Of a stretch of 64,000 bases of DNA, positions 12,221 through 26,529 are shown piece by piece. The position numbers and the translations under genes are program-made. Under the pieces are notes generated by a model. That model saw nothing but the letters and a program-made list of their open reading frames with translations. It had not been told where the DNA came from and ran no database searches. Position 1 is the first letter of the stretch, and every line of letters starts with the position of its first letter. Origin of the DNA: Camelus ferus (lineage: Eukaryota); the NCBI RefSeq assembly GCF_009834535.1, contig NC_045697.1:78804001-78868000 (forward strand), in the 5' to 3' direction.

Positions 12221-13204
12221 CTCAAATGCCAGCTCCCCAAATATTACTAACACAAACTGTCAATATGACAAAGAGCTGAGTTTACTGTTTATCTCAGTGA
12301 GGGAAAAGACAACCTCAGCAGAGCTTCGCGTGTGTCTTGAAGGGAGCAAATTTAACCTTGTGGTCGAAATCTGTTGAGAGTTGAAAGCTCGGTTTATGGT
12401 GTTCAGTTAGGGGGTTTGGTTAAATTTAGGTAAAGATTAGGCTACAACTGTCCAGACCTAACCATGCAAGGATGCCTTCCATATGTCGATCTTTAAGGCA
12501 GTTCCCGGAATGAACAACGAAGCCATCAACCTGGGCAAGAGTCTCATGAAACAGTAGTCCTGTTAAGGCACACATCTGCTTTTTTTTTCCAGGGCAGGGG
12601 GAGTGGATTACGTAGAAGGAGCCGATAGGTAGATGCAGTCTTCACTATCAAGCTGTGTACGTGGGTAAATGGTTTTGGTAGTCAATATCATTGTTTATTC
12701 CTCTTAGTATTAGTGCTACATTTCTCAGAATTAGGTACAGGTTAGCTAACTACCACGTTAACTAAGTTAATCCCAATCTGTTTTTACTCATCGTTACACA
12801 GGAAGCATCAAAACTCTGAGAAATAAGACAAAATGGAGGGAAGTTCCTGGGAAATCATATCTGAGGGAATGTGAGGGGCTCTAAGAGTTGAGAAGGAGTG
12901 GAATACACAGAATGAGCAGTGGGATGATACCAGAAGCACACTGCCCATGGCACAATTTTTTTTTTCTGAGATCAGCCTGCTTTCTTCCAACATATACTTT
13001 TTTACATCGGGTTTGATTCTTAGAGGGCAACAAGTATCAACTGTTGCATCTGTATTGCTTTGGTTTTCCCTCTGTAGCCAGTAGGATAGCTAAAAGATCT
13101 TAGAGAAAGGCACTGCACACAGCATTATTAGAAATAGGAATGATATCTGCAGATAGATACATGTAAATATATGAAAATGGAGGCAACGTGACTACAAGTA
13201 AATG

Positions 13205-13400
13205 GCTAGGGCTTTGAATCTAAGTGGATCTGCCTTCAAATCCTGTTTCTACCACATACTAGTTGTGTGGCCCCGGACATGTTATTCAACTTTCCTAAAC
13301 AGTACTTTCTTCACATATGAACTAAGACTGCAGTATCTACTTGCAGGAATGTTATAAAACAAGAGGTAATTATTAGCATATAATTCTCAATAAATCACAG
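13205..13400 (+). mobile_element. MIR SINE
   Basis: GGCTTTGAATC...TTCAAATCCTGTTTCTACCACATACTAGTTGTGTGGCC MIR pattern. Confidence 0.7.
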
Positions 13401-16400
13401 TTACATTAGAATGTATATATCTATATGCACTCTTACTTGTTATATAGGAATATATCACTATACAGTATTTGTGAATTATATATTATATAAGTACAAATTA
13501 ACAATTACAATATATGTATGTCATTTCTGTTTTAAATAAAACTGAAATCTCCTTATTAGTTACATGTACACTCAAAATCATAGAATTTAGATTTAACTGT
13601 CAATCATAACTGATAAATATAGTACCTAAAATTTCACCTATCTAGCAAGTAACACTATTTTTAATTATACTCAAGGCACTCCATTTTTACAATTATTCTT
13701 ATTTATTTCCTCAGATAATATGTGCTTTTGAGTTTTTTCCATTTTTATACCATTATAAATTATAGAGTACTTTAAAAAAATCTGAAATTATTCCACAACT
13801 TTTTTAAAGTCACTATTTCAGCTATAACATTTTTTAAAAGACACTTTATTTGGTCTTATCTTTTTATTTTAGCAAATAAATATCAGATCCACATGCTTGA
13901 CTAGAAGAATTGATTGATAAAATAGTTTTCAAAGAATTTAATAATAAAGTAAATAAATGGCAAGCTGCAATTCTAATTCCAGATTTTACAGAAGAGTTAC
14001 TCTTTTCTTTGGGGGTTTCTTTACGTTAGTTAACATTGTAACTACACTTGTCATCTATGATTTTCACTTAAGATAAATTTTTCCCCCAAAGAGGTTTATA
14101 ATGAAAAGGGATGAAATTGGCATCATAAAAAATGGCATTTTTGAACATGTATAATACATTTCATGTTAATACTATGTTGAAACTGAATAGCAACAGTGTC
14201 TTTTCTCCTTCTCTTCCTTTTCATGGTGCCAAAAGAGCCCATACATCCAGGTAGCCTTCAGATATAGTGTCAGAGAGCCCCTGTTTCTATCACTCCCTGA
14301 TGATGAATGAGCTTCTTCGTCTAAACAAATAAGCACTTCAGAGAGTTACCCTTGACAGGGTTGTTAATCCAGAGAGCCTGCCTTATCGCTACAGAATTCA
14401 AGGGCTGAAGTTTTACAGGATCCCTGCACTGCCTGGCTCTTGGGTAGTTGTCTGGAAGCTGCATGGCATACAGCCACTCTTTTCAAAACACAGCCAGGCT
14501 CTGCCCTTCTCTTCAGTGTTCCCTGTGTTTCCAGAGCAGGCCTGCTGTTAACCTGGGATTTTTCTTTTAGCAAATTGAAATCATTTATATTATATGTGCA
14601 GCAATTGGTTAATATGCCACATTAATATAGCTTTCGTTTTATCTCCAGAAAAGCAATATGCCAACATACATTCTTATGCATGCAAAGCAAATAAAAGAAA
14701 GTAGGAAGGTTAAATGACTAGTCCTGGTCTTACAGGAGCAGAACTAGAAACACCACCTCTGGATTCCAGCATATGAAACACAGAGACAATTTCCACCTCT
14801 TATCAGCAATGTATAAATTTCTTACCAAAACTCTCTGGCTCTTGACTCTGCTTCCACTGACATCTAGACTAAAGGTCAGCATTTCTTTTACATTCCAGAA
14901 GCTATTAGGAATCAGCTTCAACTTATATTTCTGTTAAGAATTGATGAGTTGACCTTAATTCAATGAGGTTCAACAAATCTCTCAGTAGCATCTCTCAAAA
15001 TGCGTGCCCAGAGGATGATTAAGAAGTCAGAAAGAGGACTTATTTAGCAAGCATACAGTCTCTTGATATTTTCATAGTATCAACATATATTTTCTTTCAA
15101 AAAAAGTCACAAGTTAAAAATCAGTTTGCCTCTGTAAATAATTAGCAGGCTCTTCAGACCTCCTTCGAACCTCCTCTATTCTTCCAATCCCACAGTGTAG
15201 CACCACAGGAGATATGTAGAAATAAAGAATGCATATTTTTTATCCCAGTCACAAGCCTTCTGTCTTAAAAGGTTTAGGAAAGGCATGTGACAAAGCCTGT
15301 TTGAAAAGCAGAGCATAATGTGCTTTCAGTTTATAAATGATAAAATATTCAAAAGCACAGGCTAACACCAAGGAATTGGTTACTGCTAGATATCCGGAAC
15401 AGTTTTTTCTTTCTTTCTCTTATCTCCTTGCTTTCTCTTTTTTCCCATTAAGAATAAAATGCAAATAAAACGCAAATGAAACCCCTTAGGCCTGAGAAGG
15501 AGGAAAACAACTGTGCCCCAAAGAGAAAAAACATGGGGGGTCTCTTTGAATGCTTATCAAACAAATAGTTTAATCACAGGATTTTTTGATTGACTGGTTT
15601 AAAATGTTATTTTCTAATTTGCATGTCGCTTGAGTATTAAATTTTACAACCCTGTGGTTAAGCAAAACAGACAAACTATTTGCACTTTGCTTTTAATTTC
15701 CTGCACAAAGAGCCTAAAAATTATAGATTATAAATACTGCTGATCAGTGCAGAAAGTTTCCTACATTATTTCAATTCAGAATTGCTGCATAGTAGTTATT
15801 TCACAAAATGAGGATTCAACTCCCTACATCCTACTTGATTATGTCATTGCATTTATTAAGGAAGAGCTGGACTATGCTCTATCACAATGATAATATTGAG
15901 CTTCCTAACCCTCAGACTCTGTGTGGGGAGCAACTGAAGCCTTAAACTGGGATCTACAGACAGGCTTTCTGAAGATTCTACATAAATGAAAGATTAAGTG
16001 AATCATATTGAAATGGCTCAAGATGATTCTACATTAAAAGGAGAGCCCAGTCTTTCCAGGCTATAAACCTATACACATGCACATCAGATCTAACTAAAAA
16101 GGTTAAAATCGCAGGAAGGATCAATTCTACTGTAATGCTCACAGATAAGGTTTTTAGATTCACATAAACCCTTTCATTCACATTCCATGGCTGGTTTTTT
16201 AAAATTATTTGCATTTACTGTGAACCAGCAAAAGGGAAAACATTATTTAGAGTCTCAACATAACTAAATCATGGTGAAATATTACAAGCAGAAAGCTAAG
16301 CGTTAGCCCTAACTTTTCCCAGCCCCTACCCCCTCAACATTTCATATTCTGTGGCTAGGTCTTACTTTTCTTGGGCTATCTTCAATTTTTATGGCAAGGA

Positions 16401-18472
16401 AAATGTTTCCTTTAACTTGTAAGACCATATAAGTATACAGTTACGATAGTTATATTTATCAAAAAATATGTTAAGTATCTTCTTCACCTAACTTGAGACT
16501 CAATTTAAAACATCACCATGATATATCTACCATTGTAGTTCTTTATATATATTTATGGAGATTTCAAAAAATGGATGAAACTATATTATTTCTAAAGGCA
16601 AGTATAGAAGCTATATTATAATACAGTAACTATTATAAGCAGAAAACTTAATTTCTAGATAAATTTTTATCAGTACCCCTGTATCAAGGTGGACAGTGTT
16701 GATGAAAGATGCTTGTAAATGTACCTAAGATAAATACGGAGATTCTTAAAAAAGATTAAATGAGTGAGGAACAATTCAAAAGAAAAGTGAAAAATGAAAA
16801 AAAAAAGTGAAAAATGGATTAGAGGACTGATTCATCCAGTTTCAAATGCCTTGGGTTCAGATGGTTATAAGAAATTGACTCGTTTAGAGAAAGTAAAGAG
16901 AGAAAAAATTTATTTTCAGCAATAGATGATTTTTAAAATTGAAGTAGAAAAGATGAAAATTACAGGAACGAATCTTTTATAAGCAATGGAAAAGACTTCA
17001 AAATAATGCCTGAAACAAACCAGAGCACCTTAAAGCTTGTAATATAAAGTTCTGTAATGGAAATAAAAGGCTATCATATAAGACAATTATCTTTGCTCTT
17101 AAATACCTTTCCATAGTCTTGGCCCCATTCTGTTGGATAAATTACGTTTCATAAGAAAATCTTGTTTCTTAAAAAAATTTCTATGTCTATCTTGAGTGAA
17201 TTTACAGTCTCTTATCTTAGAATAAGCAAGTGATTAGATAGTTATATTCCAGTCAATGACATTTTCCTAAGAAATTAACTAAAGAGAGTTGAGCTTGAGA
17301 GGTTTGGACAGAAGTGAAGAGAATCTCTCAGGTTTTTCATAGGGTGTATTCTTTTCCAATAATCAGACAGGTGTTCATCTCAATTGCTCTTTATTTCTAC
17401 ATATCTATTGACTAGGACATTCACTCTGCTAAGGAACAAACACAATAGCGTCCATGAGAGAGCTATCAAGTGTGATGTAACTGCCCCATAGAGAGACTGT
17501 GTCCTTGTTTTCCTCCCTCTGTTATCTCACTAGACAAATCTCCAGCCTTTAATTGCAGCCTTGGCTGTGCAATAATTAACAGTTTGGGTTGGGGGAAGGG
17601 TCTTGTTTAAAAACTATGTAATAGGTTAGAGGTTTTTACCATATACCTCAACTTAGTACAAAATTGATTTTTAAAATAGAAATTGCTTGGCAACTGTCTT
17701 TTAATGGTCCATCTGGACAGTGGAGGAAAGCATTTTGATTGACTGAATGTTCTTTAAGATGGATGGATGCATGAAGTCGATTTACTTGAGATCAGAGTAG
17801 CTCTTTAAATCTGTGTAGCTGCATAGCATGTTCTATTCTTTTTGAAAAAGATCAACTAACATGAAAGAGATTCTTCCTTTGTGGTTGCCCCAAAATAAAC
17901 ATTAACTCTTGCATCAGAGACAGGAAGATGAGGAAAGGCTCCCAGTGCAGTTAGTGGTGTACATGAAGTGGACGCTGCTCCTGAGAAGTTCAGATTAGAG
18001 AATTCCCCCCATGAAGTCAAATAAACCCAGATGAGATAATTCACTGGGCTTCCAACAGTTACGCTCACATCTCATGAGATCCTATCCACAGGACAAAGTG
18101 CTGAACTGAACAAAAAAGACTCCAAAATAAAATGAGAAACTGATTTCACAAATAGCAGCAGGGCTCACTGTAGGAACTCGTTTAAATGCTTACAAGAAAG
18201 AAACTAGCTCAATATTAGAAAACAGTTTAGCAAGAGTGAAGTAAAAACTAACAAGTTTCTCCATGAACGCTTTTTAAGGGTGTGATCATATTACAGAGAA
18301 TTTATTCCAAATGAAGACTTCATATAGTAGGGATTTATTCTCATAAGGAGATAGTATGAAGTTGCATCTCTTCATATGTATGAAAATATTAAACTTGATC
18401 TTGTCTGCTTTCATATTATAAAATAAAATCGTGATTTTTAAAATAATTTGTATTTATCACAAAACTTATTCC

Positions 18473-18510
18473 TGGATGGATGGATGGATGTATGTGTGTG
18501 TGTGCCTGTG
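18473..18510. repeat. (GGAT)n/(TG)n short simple repeat
   Basis: Directly visible. Confidence 0.8.
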
Positions 18511-18875
18511 TTAGTTGATCAAGCTTAGAGAACATAACAGGGTTTCTGCTTAGGAACACAGTCTAAGAATACATTTTTTCTTCATTCTAACTTCAACAAA
18601 AGTTATGATGTAAAGTCTTCCAGGTATGATTTCAACTTTCCATTAAATTTGGCCCTGCTTAAATAAGCCCCCTGGGCCTAGAGCAAGTAAAGGCAGGTCA
18701 GATATTAGGTATGAAAAGTGCCTAAGAGATGGCTCCCTGCTGGCCACCATGATGACCATTTAAACCACCCTTGGTTGCAAGGACCATGTGAATCTGTGGT
18801 TTCAGAATTTAAAAGTAAAAGCATCACACACTAAAAAACACAAAAAATACAGGTCCAAAATATATTAGGCATGCT

Positions 18876-19006
18876 CAGGACTGGCTACACACATTTTGTG
18901 GGACCCATTGCAAAATGAAAATGTGGGGCAACAGCAGAGCATTATACCACGTGCTGTGTCCTGTGTGAACGCACAGGTCACACCACACAACCATGAGGTA
19001 GCCCTG
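18876..19006 (+). mobile_element. MER45A-like hAT-Tip100 MITE
   Basis: CAGGACTGGCTACAC...GACCCATTGCAAAATGAAAATGTGGGGC...GTAGCCCTG matches the MER45 5' end, with CAGG/CCTG termini. Confidence 0.75.
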
Positions 19007-22000
19007 GTAAGGAGGGAACAGCTTAATTTGCTGTGAGTAACTTCTCCATGCTTCATATTATTCTCCATCAAATAGTCTCAAAGCACAAATCTACATCTGC
19101 ATTGATTGGATATGCATTCAGAGACCTTTTACCTGGCCTCTGTTTGTGTGGCTTCATATCTTTATGACATGGAATGAACAGCTTGGCGCCACGTTGCTGT
19201 TATCCATTAACCATTCCTGTTTTCCTAATCATCTTTGACTCCATCTTTCTCTGTCCTATCTGTTATTGTCTTCGGAAAAGAGATGTGAGTTTTCTTAGCC
19301 TGTTCTGGTTTACATGACATGATTTGTGTATCTGCCTACAAGAGTTTCTCAAATGAACCCCGTGTATTATCTTCTTCCCCCAGTCCCTCCTCCTCTGAAG
19401 AAAGAAGAAAAAGGTCATACATCTGTAAAATGACAGCACTTAAGAAAAATGAGAGTTTGGCCCACATGGCTCTCATCAGACACAGACTCATCTGCTGTGC
19501 CACAGACACTGCTCATTTCCTTCAGAATCAGACTACAGTTAAAAACAGGAAACACCTAATAAATTGCCTGGTCTATCAAATTAACAAAGCATAAAGAAAC
19601 TTTCTAGGTAATCAATGAGTATTGTTTGCTTTAAAGCATGCAAGTGTCAAACATAAGACATCTAGAAATGTAACCATACTTTTCTCTATAAAACAATTTT
19701 AAGATGTCATCCTCAATTTAAATTTAGAAATAAAAATACTTACTCAGAGAAGGTGTAGAAAAATTGGAGTTTATACCTAATTTGCAGTCACAGATGGACT
19801 TCAAGTATTTCAGAAGCAGTGAGAACTTTTATCATATATTCACTGTGCTAGGCTTTTTAGGCACATTTTTTTAAACAATAAATTATTTATACAACAATCA
19901 TACAAGTGACAGAATTCTTAAGATAATCTCCTTTTGTGTGAAATTAATCAATCCAATTTTTTAAAGAGAAAAAAATCTCAGCATTACAAAATATTTTATC
20001 ACAGCAATATCTAATTGCCAAGAGCTGCTTGTTTTCATATATTCTTGCCTAGAGTGAAATCAGTAATAAAGCATAAAGCAAGGGGATACTTTCTTGAACT
20101 GCATTTTGCATAACAAAAATACAATTAAATTTAAATTTGGAAAAAAAAAAACCAATATGCTATGCAATTACAACCCTTTCTACTCCTGCTCCTAAAAAAA
20201 TCCTTTCTCCATGAAAAAAACAGAGGGTAAAGTCTGAAAAAAAAAACAAAAAACTGTGCCCTCATTTCCTTCAAAGCTTTTGAAAGTCTAATCCTGCTAA
20301 TGCTTATGTGTTCTGTGTTTCACTCCTATTCCTAAAACAAGCTTCTAGGAAAATGGCAAAGAAATAAAAACTTTTTACAATTGACAAGAAGAATAGCCCT
20401 TGAATTCCTACATTTCAATACACTCCTTAGAAAACAACCTTTATTTCTAGAAAGAATTCAACTACTCTATCCCTCAGAAGTGACACAAAATGTTTCTGCC
20501 ACCACTCAAAGATATTTTACTATTCAAATCAAGTCTACTCCACTGAGAGTATTATTTGTCCTGTGCATGAGTGACCCCTTCAGGTGCTGTACTGAAAGGA
20601 CTATTCTATGCACAGAGTGGGAAAAGTTCCCCTGACACAATATACGAATGCTAAGAATTTCAGAAAATTTTCAACAGAGGAATTCATTCAAAAGTGCTCT
20701 GAGAATAATAATGATTTTAAACAATCTAAAAAATGCTTCTAATAATACATTTCATATACCATTCATACATACTAACCAAGAAAGAAATTTTAAACACTAC
20801 ATGCTAGAAATAAGATGAGCATAATATTCAGAATACAATGTCAGGTCCTATTTCAAATAGTACATGCTCTGACCCTACAAATATACTAGAATTTATCAAA
20901 TTATGTATCTGGATCTTTTCTTAAAAAAAATAGTTACTACAAAAATGGGGAAAAAATATTGCATTAATTTCTGACCTTTAGAATTTTAAAACTGAATTGC
21001 AAACTCCATGAAAAAATAATTTAATAATTAAGCCAGAATTTTCCAGGAAGATATGAAAATTTCATGATCTTCGTAGCCTCAGATAAAATGTCTGCAGCTG
21101 CTTGAACAGTAGGCTGCCAAGAAAAAGCAAGTATTTGGAACTGGGGTAATTCTGGTTTGTGAATAGTGAAATGAGTTTGGAGTTGGACCCAAGCATCATT
21201 ACCAACAGTCCAAACTAAATGCCTAAGGTGAGGATCATGAGCTGGGGCCCCACTCAAACTGACAATACACAAGATGCATTCTAGAAGGCAGGGTCATAAT
21301 GATGTGAACCTGGAAAGTGGCAATACCCACCTGGCAAGTAGTGTCATGGACCTGGGGTAGAATATAGAATGAGGCAATGCCTCAGCCAGCATGACTAAGT
21401 GTTAAATACAGAATTCAACTTCTAAGATATAAAGTGTCAGGGAGGGTTGCTTTGGGGGGCCCAAATCAGCCTGATGTTCAGGATGAGATTTCATTTTGGG
21501 TAGTACTTGGACTACAAACTAGTAATCATGGGATCCACACAGAGTTAGCTGGGAAAAAGGCAAGCGGTACACTATCAGGGCTCAATTAATGAAGACCATA
21601 TTCAAAGCTGAGGATAACAGAGTGACTGAGTGGCTTCTTATCCCTTATTCATGGCAAGGCTTAAGGGGTCCTTAATAAGTAGTAGAGGTTGACATCCATT
21701 GCCTCAGCAACCATGCCACATACTGAACAAACTGGACAAGCAGGAACAGATACATAGAAGAGATTTAAATAGAGCCTCTGAGTGAGGGTGAAATTTTGAA
21801 AAAAAGCAGAGGAATATAGAGCATGTTTTCACACTGTAATTAGGAAGCAAAATCTGTCTATTGGGCACTCTGCCAATCATTAACCTCAATAATCAACACC
21901 TTTATATACGAATGGTATAAAACTCATTAGCATATAAAATTATGATATGAAGATAATAAAGATCTTCAGACTTCCTGAATATTTTAAATATTTTTAAATA

Positions 22001-22169
22001 TACATTAAAAATATGTCAAATTCTATATTAAAATATAATTTTTATGTTGAACAGTTAATGATTATTTAAACCTCTTAAACAGATCAGAAATCCATGCCAT
22101 TAAATTTAGCACATCATATGGCTTATGTACATGGCTCTGTCCTGTTAACACTTTTTTAAGAATTATTTT

Positions 22170-22605
22170 GCTGAATATATAAAGGCAACCTCATCAAAAA
22201 TTTTGAAGCTAAGCAGATTGGGTTATACATCTAATATATATTAGGTAGATGGTTAACATAAGATAAAAAATTATCTTAATAGGCATAAAAACAAGCCCAA
22301 ACCACATGAAATTGAACATCACTAGATATAATGAACTTCCTTAAAGTTAAAAAATAATTCAGTATTCTTAGATGAAAAACTCAAAATTGGACAGATTTAA
22401 TTCTCCTACACTTAATTGCATATTTAATTAGTTTAAACTAAAATATTGCTTACGGTAAAGGTGGTAGAATCTGATCAAGTTACAGATTTTCTGAATGAAT
22501 AAATACATAATAATTGACATATAAAAAAGAATGATACTGGGATAATGATTTCCATCAGCTAGTGAAACATACTATAAAGCTATAGTAATTAAGAGGATGT
22601 GGTCA
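22170..22605 (+). mobile_element. Highly decayed ancient L1 ORF2 fragment
   Basis: AAACATACTATAAAGCTATAGTAATTAA...GTGGT corresponds to the L1 ORF2 YYKA(T/I)VIK..W motif. Confidence 0.55.
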
Positions 22606-23984
22606 AATCCGTGCATATGCTCTTGTTTGGGGATAAATTCTTAGAAGTCAGAAAAATCTATTATTTAACTCTGCTCAATAACTAAACTCTCTTTTTAAAG
22701 CAGGGCTAATCAATGAATTATTTTTTGCAATCAGATATTCCCGCTAACAGAATAATGTATTACCTATCTCTGCTGCCACAAACTGTGTACATTAAGGAAA
22801 CACCGAGGCGGCCTGCAACTGAAATAATTTACTTTGTGACTATGCATCCCTCTCCTTTTTTTCCCTCCATGATTTTTTCAAGAAAAAATAAAAATCTTTT
22901 TTCAGTAAAAACCTGACCTAGAACATGCTGAGTTTCTCCTATCTCTGCCATAAACTCCAGGAGATAGAAAACAAACCGGTTCAAAAAAAGAGTCATTATT
23001 TCCAAGATAAACAGAAGATGTTTCACCAATAGCATGTGTCATCAGAGCAAATCCCCTTATGATCCAACCTTTGCCTAGATCTGGAAGGTAACAGGAAACA
23101 GAGAGAACCTTAAAGACAGGACTTCTAAACACTTGCAGGAGGAGACACCAAACTACTTTCCACAATTTGTATGCAATTCTTACCTAAGGAAACAAATCTT
23201 CCAATGCAGACCAGTCAACGAACAGCTCATATTGCCAGCCCCATCTGGCCAAGAGTGCCACCCAATTTTAGTGAGGAAGGACCAAATAATCCTGTTGGTT
23301 ATTTGTATTTTGTGAACTATATAATCAGATTAATTAACTGTCAATTAAGAATGTACATTTCTCACTCTATTGTGCATATTCAACTATTCTTAGCTATTTT
23401 TATGAGCTATAATAAGTTCTCAAGTAAAAATACCTCTTTCTCATAAATATCCTGAATGAGTCAAAGCTATATTATTATTCAAATTAAGACCATATTTTAA
23501 AAAATACCCTGCAGAACATGTAAGCATCACCCTTTACAGGATGCCCCTTAGGAAAAATGATTTCTATCACCATATGTCACATATTGAATTAAAATACTCT
23601 AATGATGCATTATCTAATCCTGTCATGGATTCTATGTAGTCTGAATTGGTTAGTCTTAAATTGGTGCATAATGCTTATGAGGCCAGCATGATAACATCAA
23701 CATCCATCAAACCACTGAGATTAAGGAACTTTGGGTTCTTTAAGTACATGAGTGTGGGTGCATGTGGACATTCATGGGGACAAACACACACACACAAATA
23801 CAAAAAAGTAACACGGAAAACTGGAAAAATTACGTTAATAATTTAGTGCAATCATTGCTACTTTTGGAGTCTAACTTAAATGAATCAAGGATCATGACTT
23901 GCTATGAACATATCAGTCATTCGCCTTCCCTGAGTATATCCTAAGCTCCTGAAACAGGGCTCTTCAGTGGCAAGCAACCCAGCT

Positions 23985-24190
23985 AGCATTATTAAACATT
24001 AAACCAACTCTGTGCCAGGCACTGTTCAAGTGCTCCACCACACATTTACAGTCAATCCTCGGTATAACCCTATACATTTGAGGAAAAGATAAATTAACTT
24101 GCCCATTATTATAGCATTAAGGAAAGCTGGGATTGAATCTCAGGTATGTCTGGCCTCAGAGCTCAAGTTCATTAACTGCTGTATTATGTT
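23985..24190 (-). mobile_element. MIR SINE
   Basis: CTCTGTGCCAGGCACTGTTCAAGTGCT...TAACTTGCCCA...GCTGGGATTGAATCTCAGG reverse MIR. Confidence 0.75.
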
Positions 24191-26529
24191 GACTCATGAA
24201 AATATCACATGGATAAATGTAAATTTAGCTCTTGTTTCAAATCAGTTGGTCCGTGATTTTTTAGCTATATTTCATCGTTCAGTGTGGGAAGGAGATTATG
24301 ATTGAATTGATAATATTCCTAAACAAATTGTCTAAAATCCTTTGTGGGAAAAGGCAGGTTAAAAATAACTGAATATATACATACACACATAGATTAAAAT
24401 ATCTGTGAATATTTTCTTCTGCTAGAAATGAGACAGCAAAAGAAGGTAAGACGGACTTGGGAGTTATTGAAAGAAGGAGATTCGAAGTTCACAAACCAAA
24501 TGTAGCAGAAAGGAACGCAAAACTAAAACTCATCCGAGCTCTCATCACACAGGAAGGCAGGGAATTTTCCCTCAGTTATTACTGTGGGGACTCCCTTACC
24601 ACATACAGGCAATGCAATGACCCAGAAGACCCATGCAGTGTTAGTGCATCAGGAAGACCCCTCGGACTTCTCCCTAAGCTGGCTGACGCAGAGATATCCC
24701 TTGTCCGAGCTCACATGGGGCCCTGGCAACCTGCTGCACTTGTGCCACAGATAACACAAGAGAATCTCAGCTGAGGCTGGAGACCAGAGGCCAAGGGCCC
24801 GCCTTGAGGGCCCCTCCGGCAGGCACTGCCCTCTAAGGACTTTCTGCGTCCCAGCTGGGGAGCTTCCAGGCCCACCCCAGCCTCAAGTAATGTCCTTGCT
24901 CCGCTCCGAGCTCTTTCCTCAAAGGTTCAAGCTTCTAGAAAACAAAACCCCAAAATACAGGTTGTTTCAGATAACTTCTACTTTTGCCCTCTACACAAAC
25001 TTCCCGAGGGCACCAGAGTCTGGTGACAAGTTGGGACCTGGGGAACAATAATAGAGGAAAAACAAAAAGTAAATTAGTATCTTAATAAAATAATCTTGCC
25101 TGCAAATAATGTGCAAAGACAAGGAAAACAGTATTTTTGCTTCTTTTCTATTATTCCTTACTTTTCAGTTATACTTGCTCCGTATGTTACTCTTTCTCTG
25201 CTTCTTTCCACTTCTCTCATGTTTTCATCTCTCTTTAGATTGGAGCCCATATCCCTTACTGAAGAGTGCTGTTCTAGCACCTCCATGTTGAGTACGGCAC
25301 TAACTCAGATTAAACCGGCAGAGGAGTCTCTAGAAGTACGTGCCCACAACTAATTTTATGTCTTTTAAATTTTAGACGAGGGTGTGCGTGTACGTCTAAT
25401 CATTTTTCTTTTTTATCCTCAACAGTGTTTGGCAACAGATATTCCAATAGTCTTGAGGATATTCTGGCCAAAGAATCTCCCACCCCCAAGTGGCATTTTT
25501 AATTTAGATGATAAACATTTTAATTTGCAAAAGCTAGTTCTCTGGCTTTTTCAGACTTTCTTCAGACATGGGCACTTTAGCTTTTTCAAGTTTCCAAGCC
25601 CCTGACTGTTTAATCCATGGAGTTTTAGAATGTTACAAAGTGAAGTCGCATTTAACAGATGTTCGTTTCAAGGAGCTCCAGAACTTCATAAATTATTATA
25701 AATTAATTTGCTCATTTCAGAGTTTGACAAAGCAGCTCTCAGGGCTTTCCACGATCTGTGCTGGAGGAAGGGAAGAGTGAAAAAAGCAGCGGGTTGGGGT
25801 CCCAGGAAAAAAGAGTGTCTCCGGTGTTTCAGTAAGTGGCTGTGTCACATAAAACTTATGTCGGCTGTTAAGTGGCCAAGCCAGCTGCAGCCCATGTGCC
25901 ACAAACGCTCTGGCCTCTCATGTCTCCCGTTCAGTTATTGTGTCTATAAATTCAATGGGCCACCTGTGCAATGTGCTCATCCACAAGAGCCCCAGAGGAA
26001 GCATTAACATATCAAGGCTCATAAAGCACAAATCCTTAAATGTAAAAACCGACACTTTCATCCTCTCCAGGCTACATCTATATAGATTTCTTTCTAATGA
26101 AACAAAAAAAAGGTTTATTTTTCTGCCTACAGTGAAATGCCTATAAAAGGTGTTAAACAATTAACAATTGCATTATTTAAATTTCTACTGTTGTGAAGCC
26201 ACCTAATTTTATTCTCTGAAACTATGTCAGTCCATGGTTAGAACATCCATCCCTATTAATAACTTGCCATTCAGTTTAACCATGAAAATGACCTATACCA
26301 AGTGCCTGGCAACCATCAAGTCAGAGAACCAAAAAAAAAAAATAGGTAAACTTCAAAAATAAGTGAATACGTCTTTTTCTTCTTTCAATTCTCTTTTAAG
26401 TCAGTTTTCCTGTAAATCTTGTCATCTACTGGAAAATTAAATACATGCTTTCCTCTATTTTGTCTCTTTACTCTGACAATGTTAGCCAAACATTGTAATA
26501 TTCTTAGTAAATTTTTGAACATACCCCTA

